Positions 1 through 11,195 of a stretch of 36,296 bases of DNA are shown piece by piece. The stretch's first letter is position 1. Each line of letters opens with the position of its first letter. The position numbers were made by a program, and so were the translations under genes. This stretch comes from Chrysochromulina tobinii (taxonomy: Eukaryota): the NCBI GenBank assembly GCA_001275005.1, contig JWZX01001705.1, positions 1-36,296 of the forward strand, read 5' to 3'. Below the pieces are notes generated by a model. That model was not told the DNA's origin. It saw nothing but the letters and a program-made list of their open reading frames with translations, and made no database searches.

Positions 1-672
1 AGCGACAACATCTCGTCGGTGGCGTTTTCGCCCGATGGCACGAAGATTGTCTCAGGATCGTACGACAAGACGATCAAAGTCTGGGATTCGGGTGTGCCGG
101 AGCCCTCAAATCGCGCCTCCTTGGCCAAAACTGATGCCTGCTGGCTTGTCTGGCAGACAAACTTGAGATGCTGAGCGAGAAGACGAACGCCCACAGCCAC
201 TGGGTCATGTCGGTGGCGTTTTCCCCGGACGGGACCAAGATTGTGTCTGGATCGGGTGACAAGACGATCAAAGTTTGGGATTCGGGTGCGCCGCTAGCCC
301 TCAAATACGCCCCTCCTTGGCCAAACTGACGCCTGCTGACTTGTCTGGCAGGCAAACTGGAGCTGCTGAGCGAGAAAACGAACGCTCACAACAGCGTGGT
401 CACGTCAGTGGCGTTTTCCCCGGACGGGACCAAAATTGTGTCAGGATCGAACGACCCGACGATCAAAGTCTGGGATTCGGGTGCGCCAAAGCCCTCAAAA
501 TCGCCCCTCCTTGGCCAAACTGACGCCTGCTGGCTTGTCTGGCAGCCAAACTGGAGCTCCTGAGCAAGAAGACGAGTGCGCACAGCGACTACATCAACTC
601 GGTCGCGTTTTCCCCGGACGGGACCAGGATTGTCTCTGGATCGGACGACTGGACGATCAAAGTCTGGGATTT
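1..672 (+). repeat. Tandem ~194-195 bp exon+intron unit, about 3.5 copies
   Basis: Each unit is a 129-nt exon plus a 65-66-nt intron. All three introns share gccctcaaa..cctccttggccaaa(a)ctga(c/t)gcctgctg(g/a)cttgtctggcag. Confidence 0.95.
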
Positions 673-820
673 GGTCAAGTGGTCTCGCAAAGATCATTTG
701 ATGTTCAACGTCACCACACAGCGATTTGTCTTGCTGGTGCTGTGGCTGAACAAATACAGCATGAAGTTTCATGATGATGTGCTTGATCTGCTCATTGAAG
801 CTTGCTTGCAAAGCAGGTGA
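1..820 (+). CDS. 3' part of a WD40-repeat protein with highly conserved repeats; exons <1-91, 157-285, 352-480, 546-820
   Basis: Manual splicing at GT..AG introns 92-156, 286-351 and 481-545 gives continuous repeats of the form (K)[40 protein letters not shown]. These are followed by the tail [48 protein letters not shown] and TGA at 818-820. The ORF track misses it because of the introns. Confidence 0.9.
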
Positions 821-2190
821 GGCGGGGTGACGGCAACCGGGGGTGTCGCCATCTGATTTCAGCACAGTCTTTTGCTCGTGCGGCACGCCGAGGACAGGAT
901 GATAGACAGGACATGTTGGTAGGGAAGGAAGAGCCACTCTGCACATTCTGTGTGTGGCCCTGGCCGTCGTGTGTCTGTGTCTGTGTGGGCGACGTGCCGC
1001 ACACCGGCGCTGTCCACCTTCGACCTTGTGTGTTGAAAGACTTGTTGCGTAGCCCGGTGGACGCGTGCGAACTAGTGCGTTCACCGTTCTCACATTCTCA
1101 GAGTCTTCTCTCTTCCGTGCGGTGCCATTGGATTTGCGAGTCAACAACACTCCCTCCGGTTGACGTCGGCATGCAACATGCATACACAGCACGTCTGGTC
1201 ACGTCACGAGCCAGGTCCCGGGAGTGTCAGTGTGTAATATAACAATAAATAACGCTTGTAACGGTATTACGGTACATACACGTGCGGTCCGTAGACGGTA
1301 ACTAGAAGTACTTCCTTTATTGCTGTACCCACGAGCTGTATAAACCCCGACTACTGCGCATGCCATATCTTCTGGTGCCGAACGTTCTATTACAACAATT
1401 TTGGCATTTTCCATCATATCATGTAGTACATGTAATTCAAGACTTTACATTGAATTACATAGTCCACTGCTCCGCCTGCTTTGTTTCTCAGAGAAGTCCC
1501 AGGATTAAAACCACACACATGAAATGCTGACAGATGGAATCGATGCTGGCTGGACGTATGCGCTGTCGCCTACACGCCGGTATCCCCCCCAGCCCCACAC
1601 AGCCACACTACCCCGCGCGGCCCTCGCGCTGATGAGAAGGCAATGAAGAGAAACGCACTCAAATGATGGGAATGGTAACCTTCAGCAGGTTTAACTGAGG
1701 TGGGATGCATCAGTGGGATGCATGGCGGGTGAGTTTGTTTCTTGCAGCAGGTATAGTACCCGGGTACCACAAAAACACGTTCAAGAAGTCGAGCTCGTCG
1801 CAGAGCACGATCTCGTGCGAGGTCGCAAGCGTCGCAATCTTTGCGCCATCCGTGCCGTAGGAATTCCTGCGGGACGGTCAAGACTCAAGTTCTACATGCC
1901 ACGTTGCCCCACAGAGCGATTCACGATGCTAGCGGGATGAGGCCAACCCGGTACAAGGCAACCGAGAACGCTGAACGGGTATACATGAACATGTAGGCTC
2001 ACGGTCCAAACACCGTAAAGGATGAATAATTGTCAGATTTGTCAGTAGCACGTCGCGTAGCAGTAATAGAACAGAAACGCGACTACGGGGCGGGGGTAGC
2101 AGTGATAGAACAGAAACGTGGCGGGGGTCGGGGCGCAGACAGCCGTGCCAGAGCGCGGGGCCCCGCGATACGATCGCTAAGGGATACGCT

Positions 2191-3255
2191 CTACGCGCCG
2201 ACTGCGGTTACAGTCGTGCTCCGGCTCACGTCTTCTACTGAGCTGGTCAGGCGGCTCGCCGATGGGCTCACCTCGCTGCTGCTATTCCCGCACTCGGCAC
2301 GCCACGATGCCACCATCGATCGCATGACCTTCTTCTTCTTCATGCTATCCGTGACGCAGTTAAAGTGGTGCGTCACTCGCTGACACAAGGGCACGTATGC
2401 CACCCGCTTGGGCAGTGGTATACTGTTGTCACGCCCCTTTCGTAATACTCGTTTCGGCAAACTCCAGCAGTAAGATGCAAAGTGTGCAGGCAACGCGCAG
2501 GACCTGAAGCCATTGGTGCGATTCCTTAGAATGTTCTCCACAAAGTCTTGATCGAGGCGATGGAAGTTTGTCAGATTGCGCGGTCGCGCCGCGTAGATCT
2601 GTGCTGCAAGCCGATAATTGCTCATCACCAGCTGCCCGCCGTTGACGTTGGCGCACTTGGCTTGCAATTCTTCGAACTGTATCGCTGCGCAAGGATCCTC
2701 AGACTGGTGGCGGAAGTCAAAGGCACCCACCTTGCGCGGATCAAGCAAGTCGAGGGCGACCCAGGGATTTCGCAGCAAGAGAACGTCCGCATCGAGCCAC
2801 ATGGCTACCCGGGCGACCGTCAGAGCGTCTGCCATGATTCGCCACTTGGCCCAGATGAGGGCGGCATAGTTGCTTCTGCGGAAATCTGATGGTGGCACCT
2901 TGTGTGACGAGTTGACGCACAGACCGAACCGATCGACGACGCCGTAGCAGACGCTGACCATGCGTCGCATGAAGCACGTCTGGCCTTCCAGCAGCGCAAA
3001 CTGCTCCGGCCGCAGCCAGGCATGGTGACTGTTGGTCACGGAAAGCGTCACACCGCCTTCGGCAACGCAGCTGGAAGGCTCGAGCAGGACGCGAGCGACC
3101 GCTGCCGAGACGTTTGGCAATACGAGCTGTGGACGAACCTTGACACGCCAATTAAGCACATCTTGCCTCGCCATCGGCCGGCTCGGTGCTAGCCAGCACG
3201 CAGCGAGCACGAGGCGAAGCAGTATTCTTACGCTGAGTCCCATGCGCCATTGCAT
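2191..3255 (-). CDS. Nucleotide-diphospho-sugar transferase (GT77-like) with an N-terminal signal/anchor
   Basis: Motifs WLDADVLLLRNPW (DxD), NVNGGQLVM, DQD and HFNC are present. The hydrophobic leader MGLSVRILLRLVLAACWLAP points to a start at 3255 or 3243. The upstream part of the 559-aa ORF is mostly intergenic or antisense to the APR gene. Confidence 0.75.
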   Translation of the reverse strand: MQWRMGLSVRILLRLVLAACWLAPSRPMARQDVLNWRVKVRPQLVLPNVSAAVARVLLEPSSCVAEGGVTLSVTNSHHAWLRPEQFALLEGQTCFMRRMVSVCYGVVDRFGLCVNSSHKVPPSDFRRSNYAALIWAKWRIMADALTVARVAMWLDADVLLLRNPWVALDLLDPRKVGAFDFRHQSEDPCAAIQFEELQAKCANVNGGQLVMSNYRLAAQIYAARPRNLTNFHRLDQDFVENILRNRTNGFRSCALPAHFASYCWSLPKRVLRKGRDNSIPLPKRVAYVPLCQRVTHHFNCVTDSMKKKKVMRSMVASWRAECGNSSSEVSPSASRLTSSVEDVSRSTTVTAVGA

Positions 3256-3481
3256 GTGACGGTGCGCGACACAACGCGACTCGCGATGCGTGCGTACCGG
3301 TAAAAATTGTGCCTTTGTGCGCCCGCTTGTCCCGCGTGTGTCCCGTGTGTGTCCCGGCTCCCCCCGGTGTTTTTGAACCTCACGTACTTCGCGTACGTTC
3401 TTTTCATGTTCACGCAAGTTCACTTCCGTGAACGTCGGCATTTGAGACGACATCTCCGCTTCCGCAGCCTCGACCAGGATC

Positions 3482-4933
3482 ATGTTCCTCATCGCGGCTG
3501 CAGCGCTTTCATATGCTCCGGGCCTCACCCCGCCGGCGGTTTCCTCCCGCGTCTCCGCCGTCTCTATGAAGGGCTTTGACCAGGAGGTGCGAGACGTTGC
3601 CTTCGCAGCCGTGTCCTGGCAACTTTGAACAATCTCCAAATCTGTGCTGCAACTCCAGCCGGCATCGCATGCGCGCAAGCGTGCGTCAGTGCCCAACGCT
3701 GAGCCTCCATCGTCCGTGCCCCCCGCTCCGCAGCAATTCATCCAGCAGTCCAAGGATATGCGCCTCAAGCACCTTGAGGAGCAGGCGATGTTTGCCCTCA
3801 AGACCTCGTGTGAGAACTTCAACAAGGCCGTCTTCCCGAACGCGATGATTGCTGGCGACGTCGTCATCACGGACTTGCTCAGCCGTCTCGGCTACCTCGA
3901 GAACGGCAAGTGCACCATCATGTGCGTAGACACGTTCCACCTCTTCCCAGAGACGATGCCCTTCCTTGCAACCCTTGAGAAGAAGTACAAATTCAAGGCA
4001 GTGATCTTCGGCCCGGAGGGCGTGCCCGCGGGCGACAAGGCCGCTTTCGACAAGAAGTACGGTGAGAACCTGTGGCGCGAGGACATTGAGCAGTACGACA
4101 AGGTGTGCAAGGTCGAGCCCTTCGGCCGCGGCCTCAAGACGCTTGGTACGGACTGCATGATCAACGGGCGCACGCGCTGGCAGGGCTTCGAGCGCGCGTG
4201 GATCGACCAGTTCGAGAACGCGCCCGTCAACGGCGGCCTCGCCAAGTGCAACCCGCTCGCCTACTGGACGCTCGAGGACGTCTTCGACTACATCGCCAAG
4301 TACAAGGTGCCGTACCACCCGAGCCACGAGAACGGCTACCCGTCGCATGGCGATCTGAAGGACACGATCCCTGTGCCCTCCATGGACGAGCGCGCGAAGA
4401 AGCAGGAGGAGGGCTTCACGGCCTTCAAGGACTACAAGTGGGTGGGCGACAAGACCAAGTGGCTTGACTACGCGACGGAGCGGGTCGGCCGCTTCGTCGG
4501 CCTCAAAAACAAAGATGGCTCGACTAAGACGGAGTGCGGCATCCACGTTGCGGGCGCGGAGAAGACGTTTGACCGCGACCTGTGGGATAAGGCAGACAAC
4601 GTGAAGAACCTGATGACACCCGATGAGGTCGCCAAGGTGAGGGCCGCGGGCGAGGAGGCCATGCTTGTCGTCTACGCACCCTGGTGCAAGTTCTGCATGG
4701 CGATGGAGTCGGAGTACTCGAAGCTGTCGGCCGCGTCAGGCATCCCGACCTACAAGTTCCGTGGCGATGAGCAACGTGCGTACGTCGAGGAGAACCTGAA
4801 CACCAAATCCTTCCCCACGGTGAACTTCATTTCTGCCGACGGCACCGTCACCAAATACGAGTCAGAGAAGCGCTCGGTTGAGGACTTCAAGGCATTCATC
4901 AAGTCGAAGTCCAAGAGCAAGGTGTCCGCCTAA
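3482..4933 (+). CDS. APR: Plastid-targeted APS/PAPS reductase-family enzyme (APR-B-like, no FeS ligands) with a C-terminal thioredoxin-like domain; exons 3482-3586, 3734-4933
   Basis: Motifs VDTFHLFPET, KVEP, NPLAYWT, GYPSHG, ERVGRF and KTECGIH are present, then the Trx-like VVYAPWCKFC...SFPT. Exon 1 (MFLIAAAALSYAPGLTPPAVSSRVSAVSM) looks like a signal plus transit peptide. Intron GTGCGA..CCGCAG at 3587-3733 joins the exons in frame. Confidence 0.9.
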
Positions 4934-5503
4934 GCGTACCAGTAAGGGACGCTTCTAGTGCGCGCGCGCGGCAGCGGGCGCGCGCGGCGGCGGCGGCGGG
5001 CGCGCGCGCGGCGTCGCTGCAGGTGCACGGGGAAGAGATGGCGGTTGTTACAGCGCCTGAAGAAGCAACCAAACGAAATTATGCTTTGGCCGTTCCCGGG
5101 ACGGTGGACCCGGGTCCGGCCCCCGCCGCGCCACACGTCGCACATCGCATGACCGGACGCATGGACCGGACTCTCCCGCGACTGTTCTTCAAACTTCATG
5201 CCGTCGGTTCTTGAACGAACAACGATGAACGTGACCGGACGTTCGGTTCACTTGCCCGGGACGGTTGCCCGCGGGAGCGGGTCAGCGGGACGGCGGCCCG
5301 GGACGCGGGAGTGACCGCGTGTGTAACTTTCCGCTACTTACGATAAACGTGATCTGTGCGATCGCACGGCAACTACGCGCGAAAGCCTCTTTCGTCTTTC
5401 CGCCCGCGCGCTGCCGCTTCGGTTGAGGTCTCTCGGCGCACCGGCTCTGGCTTTGATTTGGGGACGCGCTACCCGCGCTTCCGGCGCTCAGACCTACAGT
5501 AAG

Positions 5504-8500
5504 TCAGTCGAGCGTCGATTGGGCCCGACCTAGGGCCCGACCGAACGCGCCCGGTTCGGACCGGAACTCCCGGGGCTGTGTACGCGGTAGGTGCTGCGGC
5601 GTGTCAAGCACCGCTTCCATGCGGCCCTGGGTCGTGTACGGCCGCGGTGCGACGATGTCCTCGCCTTCCACCACGAGGGGTGCGGGGCGGAAAGAGGGAA
5701 GCCGGTGCCCACAGTCGAGGGTCGCCGCCGAAGCGGAGTGGTTCAGTCCTATCCGCTTGGGTGGCTCGAGATCTCTCTCGTCGCTCTCGTCTTGCTCGGC
5801 ACCCGTGCTCACTGCGCGTCCCCCGCACAAGCCGAAGCTCTCGGCGCTGTCTCGGCGCTGTCTCCCTGAGCAGCTCGCCACGCTTGGGCGGCGCGCCATC
5901 GCGAGCGGCGCACCGCCATTTTGTAGGGCGAGCTCGACGCCCGCCTCGATGAGCAGCGCGCGTCCGAGAGGCGGCACGTAGTGGCCCAGATCTGACGTCT
6001 CTCGAAACGTCTCAGTGGGCATCCAGCGGCGACCACTCGCCTGGCCTGCTCCGCCGTCCTCCTTGAGGTCGAGAAACCACTCGCGGAAGGTCTTCAACCG
6101 GTTTTCGGGCACGATGCCGATGCGTTGGCCACCCGCACGCGTGCTGTGCTCGCGGAGCAGAAAGTAGAGAATGGGCGGTGCGCTCAGTCCGATGGCGACG
6201 CATGCGAGGGTTGAGGCGGTTGACCAGCCCGTCGCCCGGGTTTCGTCAACGGCGCGGAAGAGGAGGAAGGCCATGACCGTATGGAGCAGCACGGTGATGG
6301 GCACGATGACACGTGTGACGATGGCAATGAGACGATTCGAGGTGGGCGGCGGCGGCGCCCACACGCGCAGGAAGTTGGTGCGGTCCACCAGCGAACCGAT
6401 GCAGTAGGTGGCGAAGCAGATCAGGTAGAGGATTGGGAAGGCCGTCGAGTAGAGCAGCCCGCACACGAAGAACTTGCACATGAGCTGGAGCCGGAAGGAG
6501 AGGTAGATGTCGGCGTCGCGCTTGTACAGCGCGTTCATGCGCCGCTGCGTCTTCGCTCGCGGCGCAAGCACCTTCCGAAAGAACCACACATCAATCCGGA
6601 AGTAGTCGACGCCCATGTTGACCAGCACGAGGTCCACTGCGAGTGAGTTGATGATGGTTCCGCCGCCCCGCAGGTACCATGCGGCGGCCATCTGGTAGTC
6701 GTTGAGTACGGCGAAGAGGGTGATGGAGGCGGTCGGGATGAGAATTTGGAAGAGGGCCAGGCGCATCATGATGTTCACCTCACGGTTCTGGAACTGCTGC
6801 CACTTTTCGAAGTGGTACCTGGAAAGTAGGGAAGCGGCGCTGCGGTGAGCACTTGCATGCCAGTCAGGTCATCAGAGGTCATCAGAGGTCATCGGTGGTC
6901 ATCGGAGGTCATCGGAGGTCATCAGAGGTCAAGAGTGGCAAGCGACGCGCACGCGACTAAGGGGACGGAGGCAAGCATCGATATGTAGCCGAAGAGAAGG
7001 ACACCCAGCGCGACTCCAGTAACGGCAGCGAGCGCGAGAAAGTCGGGCGCGCCGGGCCCGCCAGAGCTGAAGCGCTCGACCGTTTGCTGCTGCCACACCT
7101 GAGTCACCGAGATTGCCGCCGTGTTGAAGATCACCAGTGCGGTGAGGAGCGCCGACGTGAGCACATAGCGGGTCATGCGCGAGGCGAGCGAGTACTGCAG
7201 ATTCTCCCAGATGATGTCCTCAGGCTCGGGCGCCATGCGGAGGAGCAGCGGACCCGCGCCGGAGAAGAAGCGCTTCTCGTCATTGTCCGCGATGCACGCC
7301 ACCGCCGAATCGACCGTGTCGAACGTGACAAAGACATGGCCTGTCGGCTGAGGATCCACTGACGCGACGCTCCGCACAGCCGCATGGGCGCGCGCGAGGC
7401 GTCGTTTGGCACGCGCGACCTTGTCCACACAGCGCATGAGCTTGGAGTGCGGGTACGAGTTCGTCTTGGCAAGGTGCCACTCGACGTGCGCCGCGTGGAG
7501 TGCTTCCCGTGCGGCGGATCGCTCGCGTGCTGCCAGGATGAGATCGCGGTAGTGACAGACCACGTGCACGTGCACCACGTCGCCCCAACGCGCAAAGTAG
7601 CCGGCGATCTCGGCATGCGGCACGCGGCGCGTGGGCATGCGCGAGACCATCACCGTGTAGTTGGCCGAGGTCGTGTCGACGTGCGTGATGCGCTGTGAAA
7701 GATTCGTCACCTGGTTGGACTGCCAGTACGTGAACCAGGTGAGCAGGAGAGCCACGAGCACCTCGACGGCGCCAAAGGAGGCCGGTAGCGGCTCCATCTG
7801 CTGCGGGAAGCCAGGTGAGGCGTCGCCGCTGCTATTCTCATCGTTGAGGCGCCGGCCAACGCCGCCGAACGTAGTCGCGCCGGTGAATGGCATGATGAGC
7901 CAGACCTCAAAGACAGCACTTCGATTCAGATCTAGGTAGGTGCCCCAGTTGCCGAGGGCATGGATGGTGTATAAGTTGCGGGTACCGGGACTCATGCCCG
8001 CGCCCTCGCAGTACAGGAAGAGCAGCGACGACGTGATGATCGCCAGCGCGAAGAAGAGGGCCGACCACCAGTGCAGCACGTACATGTAGAGCGCCACGCC
8101 ACAACCCATCGAATGGAACGACTTGAAAGGCGTCCAGATAGGGTAGAGCTGCCCGTGCCGGTCCTTGGGCAAAAAGGAGATCGCGTGCCGGCGCGCCTTG
8201 TCGAGTGACGGCTTGAAGTGCTCGCGTCGCAGCTTCTCGATGTACATCGTGTGTGACACTGTCTCGCGCCAAAATCGTTGCACGTATCGTGCCGCATCGG
8301 CCACACGCTCTTGCCCTGCGGAGTCCATCGCCTCGAAGCGGCGATCGCACGCCGCCACGATCTCGGCTTCACGCCGTGACATCCGCTTCTTGCGAGCGGG
8401 CGCGGGTGGCACGGGATGTAGGTCACCTGAAAGCTGCGACGATATTCGCTGGGGCTGGCCGTGGGCAGCAGCAGGGGCGCCGTAGTTGCCGATGGCGTTG

Positions 8501-8991
8501 ACCTGTGGCGGCAGTGGCGGCTCCAGCGCAATGTCTGGTGCCGCAGTGGCCAAGTGAACCGTGAGGCCGCTGCTGTTTGCGACCAGCTCGGGAGAAAACT
8601 CCGCCGTCTCCGGCAGGATCCCCGTGCTGCGCGGCTGCTGCCCATGGCTTGTGCCTGTCGATGCGGTCGACGCCGCAGTCGTGCGCTCGACACTCGGCAT
8701 CGGCTTCATCGCAGGCTCCGACGGCGACACCAGCTCCATACCGGCGTTTTCCGTGAGAGCAGGTGGCGGTGCGGTCGCTTGCTTTGCTGGCTGCTTCTCG
8801 GCGGCATCAGCAGGCGGCGGACGATCGGACTCGCTGATCGGCACGACGGCAGGCAGTGCCGACTGAAAGCTGGAAGGCATAGGCGGCGCGGCCCGCGCTG
8901 CCATGAGTGTCGCGTGCATCTTGACCGGCGGCAAACGCCGCACGGCCACCGGCTGCGGCACGAAGACCGCCGATCTGTGTTCTGACATCAT
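5504..8991 (-). CDS. OSCA/TMEM63(CSC1)-like multi-pass ion channel; exons ~8991-6953, 6818-5504
   Basis: Contains GCGVALYMY at the start of TM0/1, an RRM-like cytosolic domain (YTVMVSRMP; GHVFVTFDT) and the hallmark APEPEDIIWENL. Multiple TM helices follow, with YSTAFPILY..DRTNFLRVWAPPP. A phase-2 intron at 6819-6952 joins the two ORFs in frame. The start codon is uncertain. Confidence 0.8.
6867..6931. repeat. Intronic 10-nt tandem repeat (GGTCATCAGA/GGTCATCGGA, about 6 copies)
   Basis: Directly visible inside intron 6819-6952. Confidence 0.9.
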
Positions 8992-9376
8992 TGGACGTTG
9001 GTCAGGGCGCCTATTCCGCACTTCACACCAAAACGCACGTAGCTCTTCACAGTGATGACGAACGTCGCCGCCCGATTGAAGTTTTTCCTGCCATGCCGTT
9101 ACGCCAGCTAAGGTCCGCCGCCCCGGCGTGCACATGCAACTGTGAATGCGCGGGAGGCTGACACGCCAACGCCGACGTGGCTCTCGATAAACGCGCGCTC
9201 GCAAAAGACCATGACCGCCCCAATGGACGACGAGCGGTGAGCACTCCTCTCGCTGCTGCCACCCCCAACCCGTCCATGGCCACCAGCGCGCGCGCGCGTG
9301 CATTTATTCGCGCGCCAGTGCAATCTGACACCTCACCCCTCACTGGCGCCTTCTCTCCGTTCTCAGCTTTGACGGC

Positions 9377-10339
9377 ATGTTCCTGCAGCTCGCTCAGCAG
9401 CTGGGCGGCATCGACCCGCTGCTCGATTCCTTCTTCGGCTTCATGCGCCGCAAGACGGACTTTTTCACCGGCGCGGTGAGCGAGGGCGCGGCCGAGGAGA
9501 CGGTCGTAAAGGCGTTCCGGAAGAACAAGGCCCGCGCGGACGAGGAGAAGCGTGAAAAGGAGGCCAAAGAGAAGAAGCGCAAGGCAGAGGAGGAGAAGCG
9601 CAAGGCGCGCGTCCAAGAGGAGAAAGCTAAGCAGCAGAAGATGGAGGCCTCGCCCATGGAGGACGAGCGGATCGTCGACATCACTGACGCGCCGCCTGCG
9701 GCTGCGGCAGCCAGCACAAGTGCAGCGGCGTCCTCGCTGAGTGACGAGCAGAAATCCGCAATACTCACGGAGGCGAAGAAGGAGGAGGAGGACGAGAGCG
9801 AGGGAAAGGGCATAACGCCCATCAACAATGGCGCGGTGCACGACCGTTACCGGTGGACGCAGTCGCTCGACACCCTGATGGTCTATGTGCCGGTTCCGCT
9901 CGACACCAAGACCAAGCAACTGGTCATCGACATCAAGAAGAAGCATCTGACGGTAAAGTTGGCGGGGCAGGATCCCGTGCTCATGGGAGACATGCCCAAT
10001 GCGGTCAAAATGGAGGACTGCTTCTGGTCCATCGAGGACGACCCGAAGGTGGGTAAGCGGATCATCTCGATCACGCTGACGAAACTCAATCAGATGGAGT
10101 GGTGGAAGCATGTGATTACAACCGAGCCAGAGATCAACACGCAGAAGGTGGAGCCCGAGAACTCGAAGCTCTCTGACCTCGACGGCGACACGCGCCAGAC
10201 CGTCGAGAAGATGATGTACGACCAGCGCCAGAAGGCAGCCGGCTTGCCCACCGCCGACGAGCAGAGCAAGCAGGACATGCTCAAAAAGTTCATGGAGCAG
10301 CACCCCGAGATGGACTTCTCGAAGGCTAAGATCTGCTGA
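9377..10339 (+). CDS. NUDC: Nuclear migration protein NudC / BOBBER-like co-chaperone (NudC-N, CS/p23 domain, NudC-C)
   Basis: Motifs LDSFFGFMRRKTDFF, YRWTQSL, WWKHVI..EPEINTQKVEPENSKLSDLDGDTRQTVEKMMYDQRQK and FMEQHPEMDFSKAKI. Confidence 0.95.
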   Translation: MFLQLAQQLGGIDPLLDSFFGFMRRKTDFFTGAVSEGAAEETVVKAFRKNKARADEEKREKEAKEKKRKAEEEKRKARVQEEKAKQQKMEASPMEDERIVDITDAPPAAAAASTSAAASSLSDEQKSAILTEAKKEEEDESEGKGITPINNGAVHDRYRWTQSLDTLMVYVPVPLDTKTKQLVIDIKKKHLTVKLAGQDPVLMGDMPNAVKMEDCFWSIEDDPKVGKRIISITLTKLNQMEWWKHVITTEPEINTQKVEPENSKLSDLDGDTRQTVEKMMYDQRQKAAGLPTADEQSKQDMLKKFMEQHPEMDFSKAKIC

Positions 10340-11195
10340 GGCGGCGGCGAGCGAGCGAGCGAACCAGGCGGTGCAGATGACGCCATCCCGTTTGTTGGAG
10401 CAGACGGTGGCGGCAGTGGCGCCGTTCCTTGAGGACAAGGTGACTCCACGACACCTCGAGACGGGCGGAGAGAACGATTAGCGCCATTTCCGAGCTTCGC
10501 GACGTGCCTGTGCGCGGCATTGGCCTCGGAACGATCTCCCGACGGCGGGCGGCGTGATCCACGTGCTACCTGTGGATAGACCTCTCGCGGTATCTGCAAT
10601 CTCGAATCTGGGCGTGAACATAGATGTCCACGGTACGTATAGCAACGAAACGGACTCGCTCTCCGCCTCTTCGGTTTATCGTGTCGAGACGCGGATTTGT
10701 TCGTTTGGAGCTCTTTGAGTTAAACAGTCGATCAGACTTTAGCGTATGGCCGCTCGCCGCCGGCGCGACCCAGCGACACCCTCTACGATGCGCGACCGAG
10801 CAGCGAGACCCGCCACCTCTGACACGACACCTCGACCCGCTCCGCGCTCGGGCCTCGCCGTTCTGCCAAGATGTGGACCGCTTGGTGCGCACTTCGGCGC
10901 AGTTCCGCTAAAGTGTCCATCGTCGTCACGACGACCGGCGCGCCTCCGCTCATGCGTATAGAGACGTAAGCCTGCTTCGTAGGTGCCACTGCCTGAGCAG
11001 CAGCACATGCCAAATGGTGTACCACACATGCTCCACCCGCCCGAGACGCCTGAGCATGCATCCTGTCGCTCCTTGCTATCATAGCCTGACGCCAGCCGCC
11101 ATCCCGCAGCACGTCGTCCGCCCCATACGGGTGCAGCTCCTCCACCCCATGCTCGCTGCTGCCTGCTGCGAGCTCTGCGCACACGTGCAGACGAC

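Noticed and set aside
1..672. Regularly spaced conserved 65-nt blocks resembling a CRISPR-like repeat-spacer array
   Set aside because: The 'spacers' are homologous WD40 exons and the 'repeats' are GT-AG introns. The context is eukaryotic and no cas genes are present.
386..1242. ORFs 386-1192(-) and 802-1242(+)
   Set aside because: They are antisense shadows of the WD40 gene or 3' UTR-like sequence with no protein motifs.
1710..1866. Possible orphan minus-strand exon (acceptor ttgaccgtcccgcag, then NSYGTDGAKIATLATSHEIVLCDELDFLNVFLWYPG)
   Set aside because: I could not link it in frame to a start or to neighbouring exons, and no family was recognised.
2057..2128. Short ~39-nt tandem duplication (gtagcagt.atagaacagaaacg)
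   Set aside because: Two copies in a 3' flank with no further structure; an ordinary local duplication.
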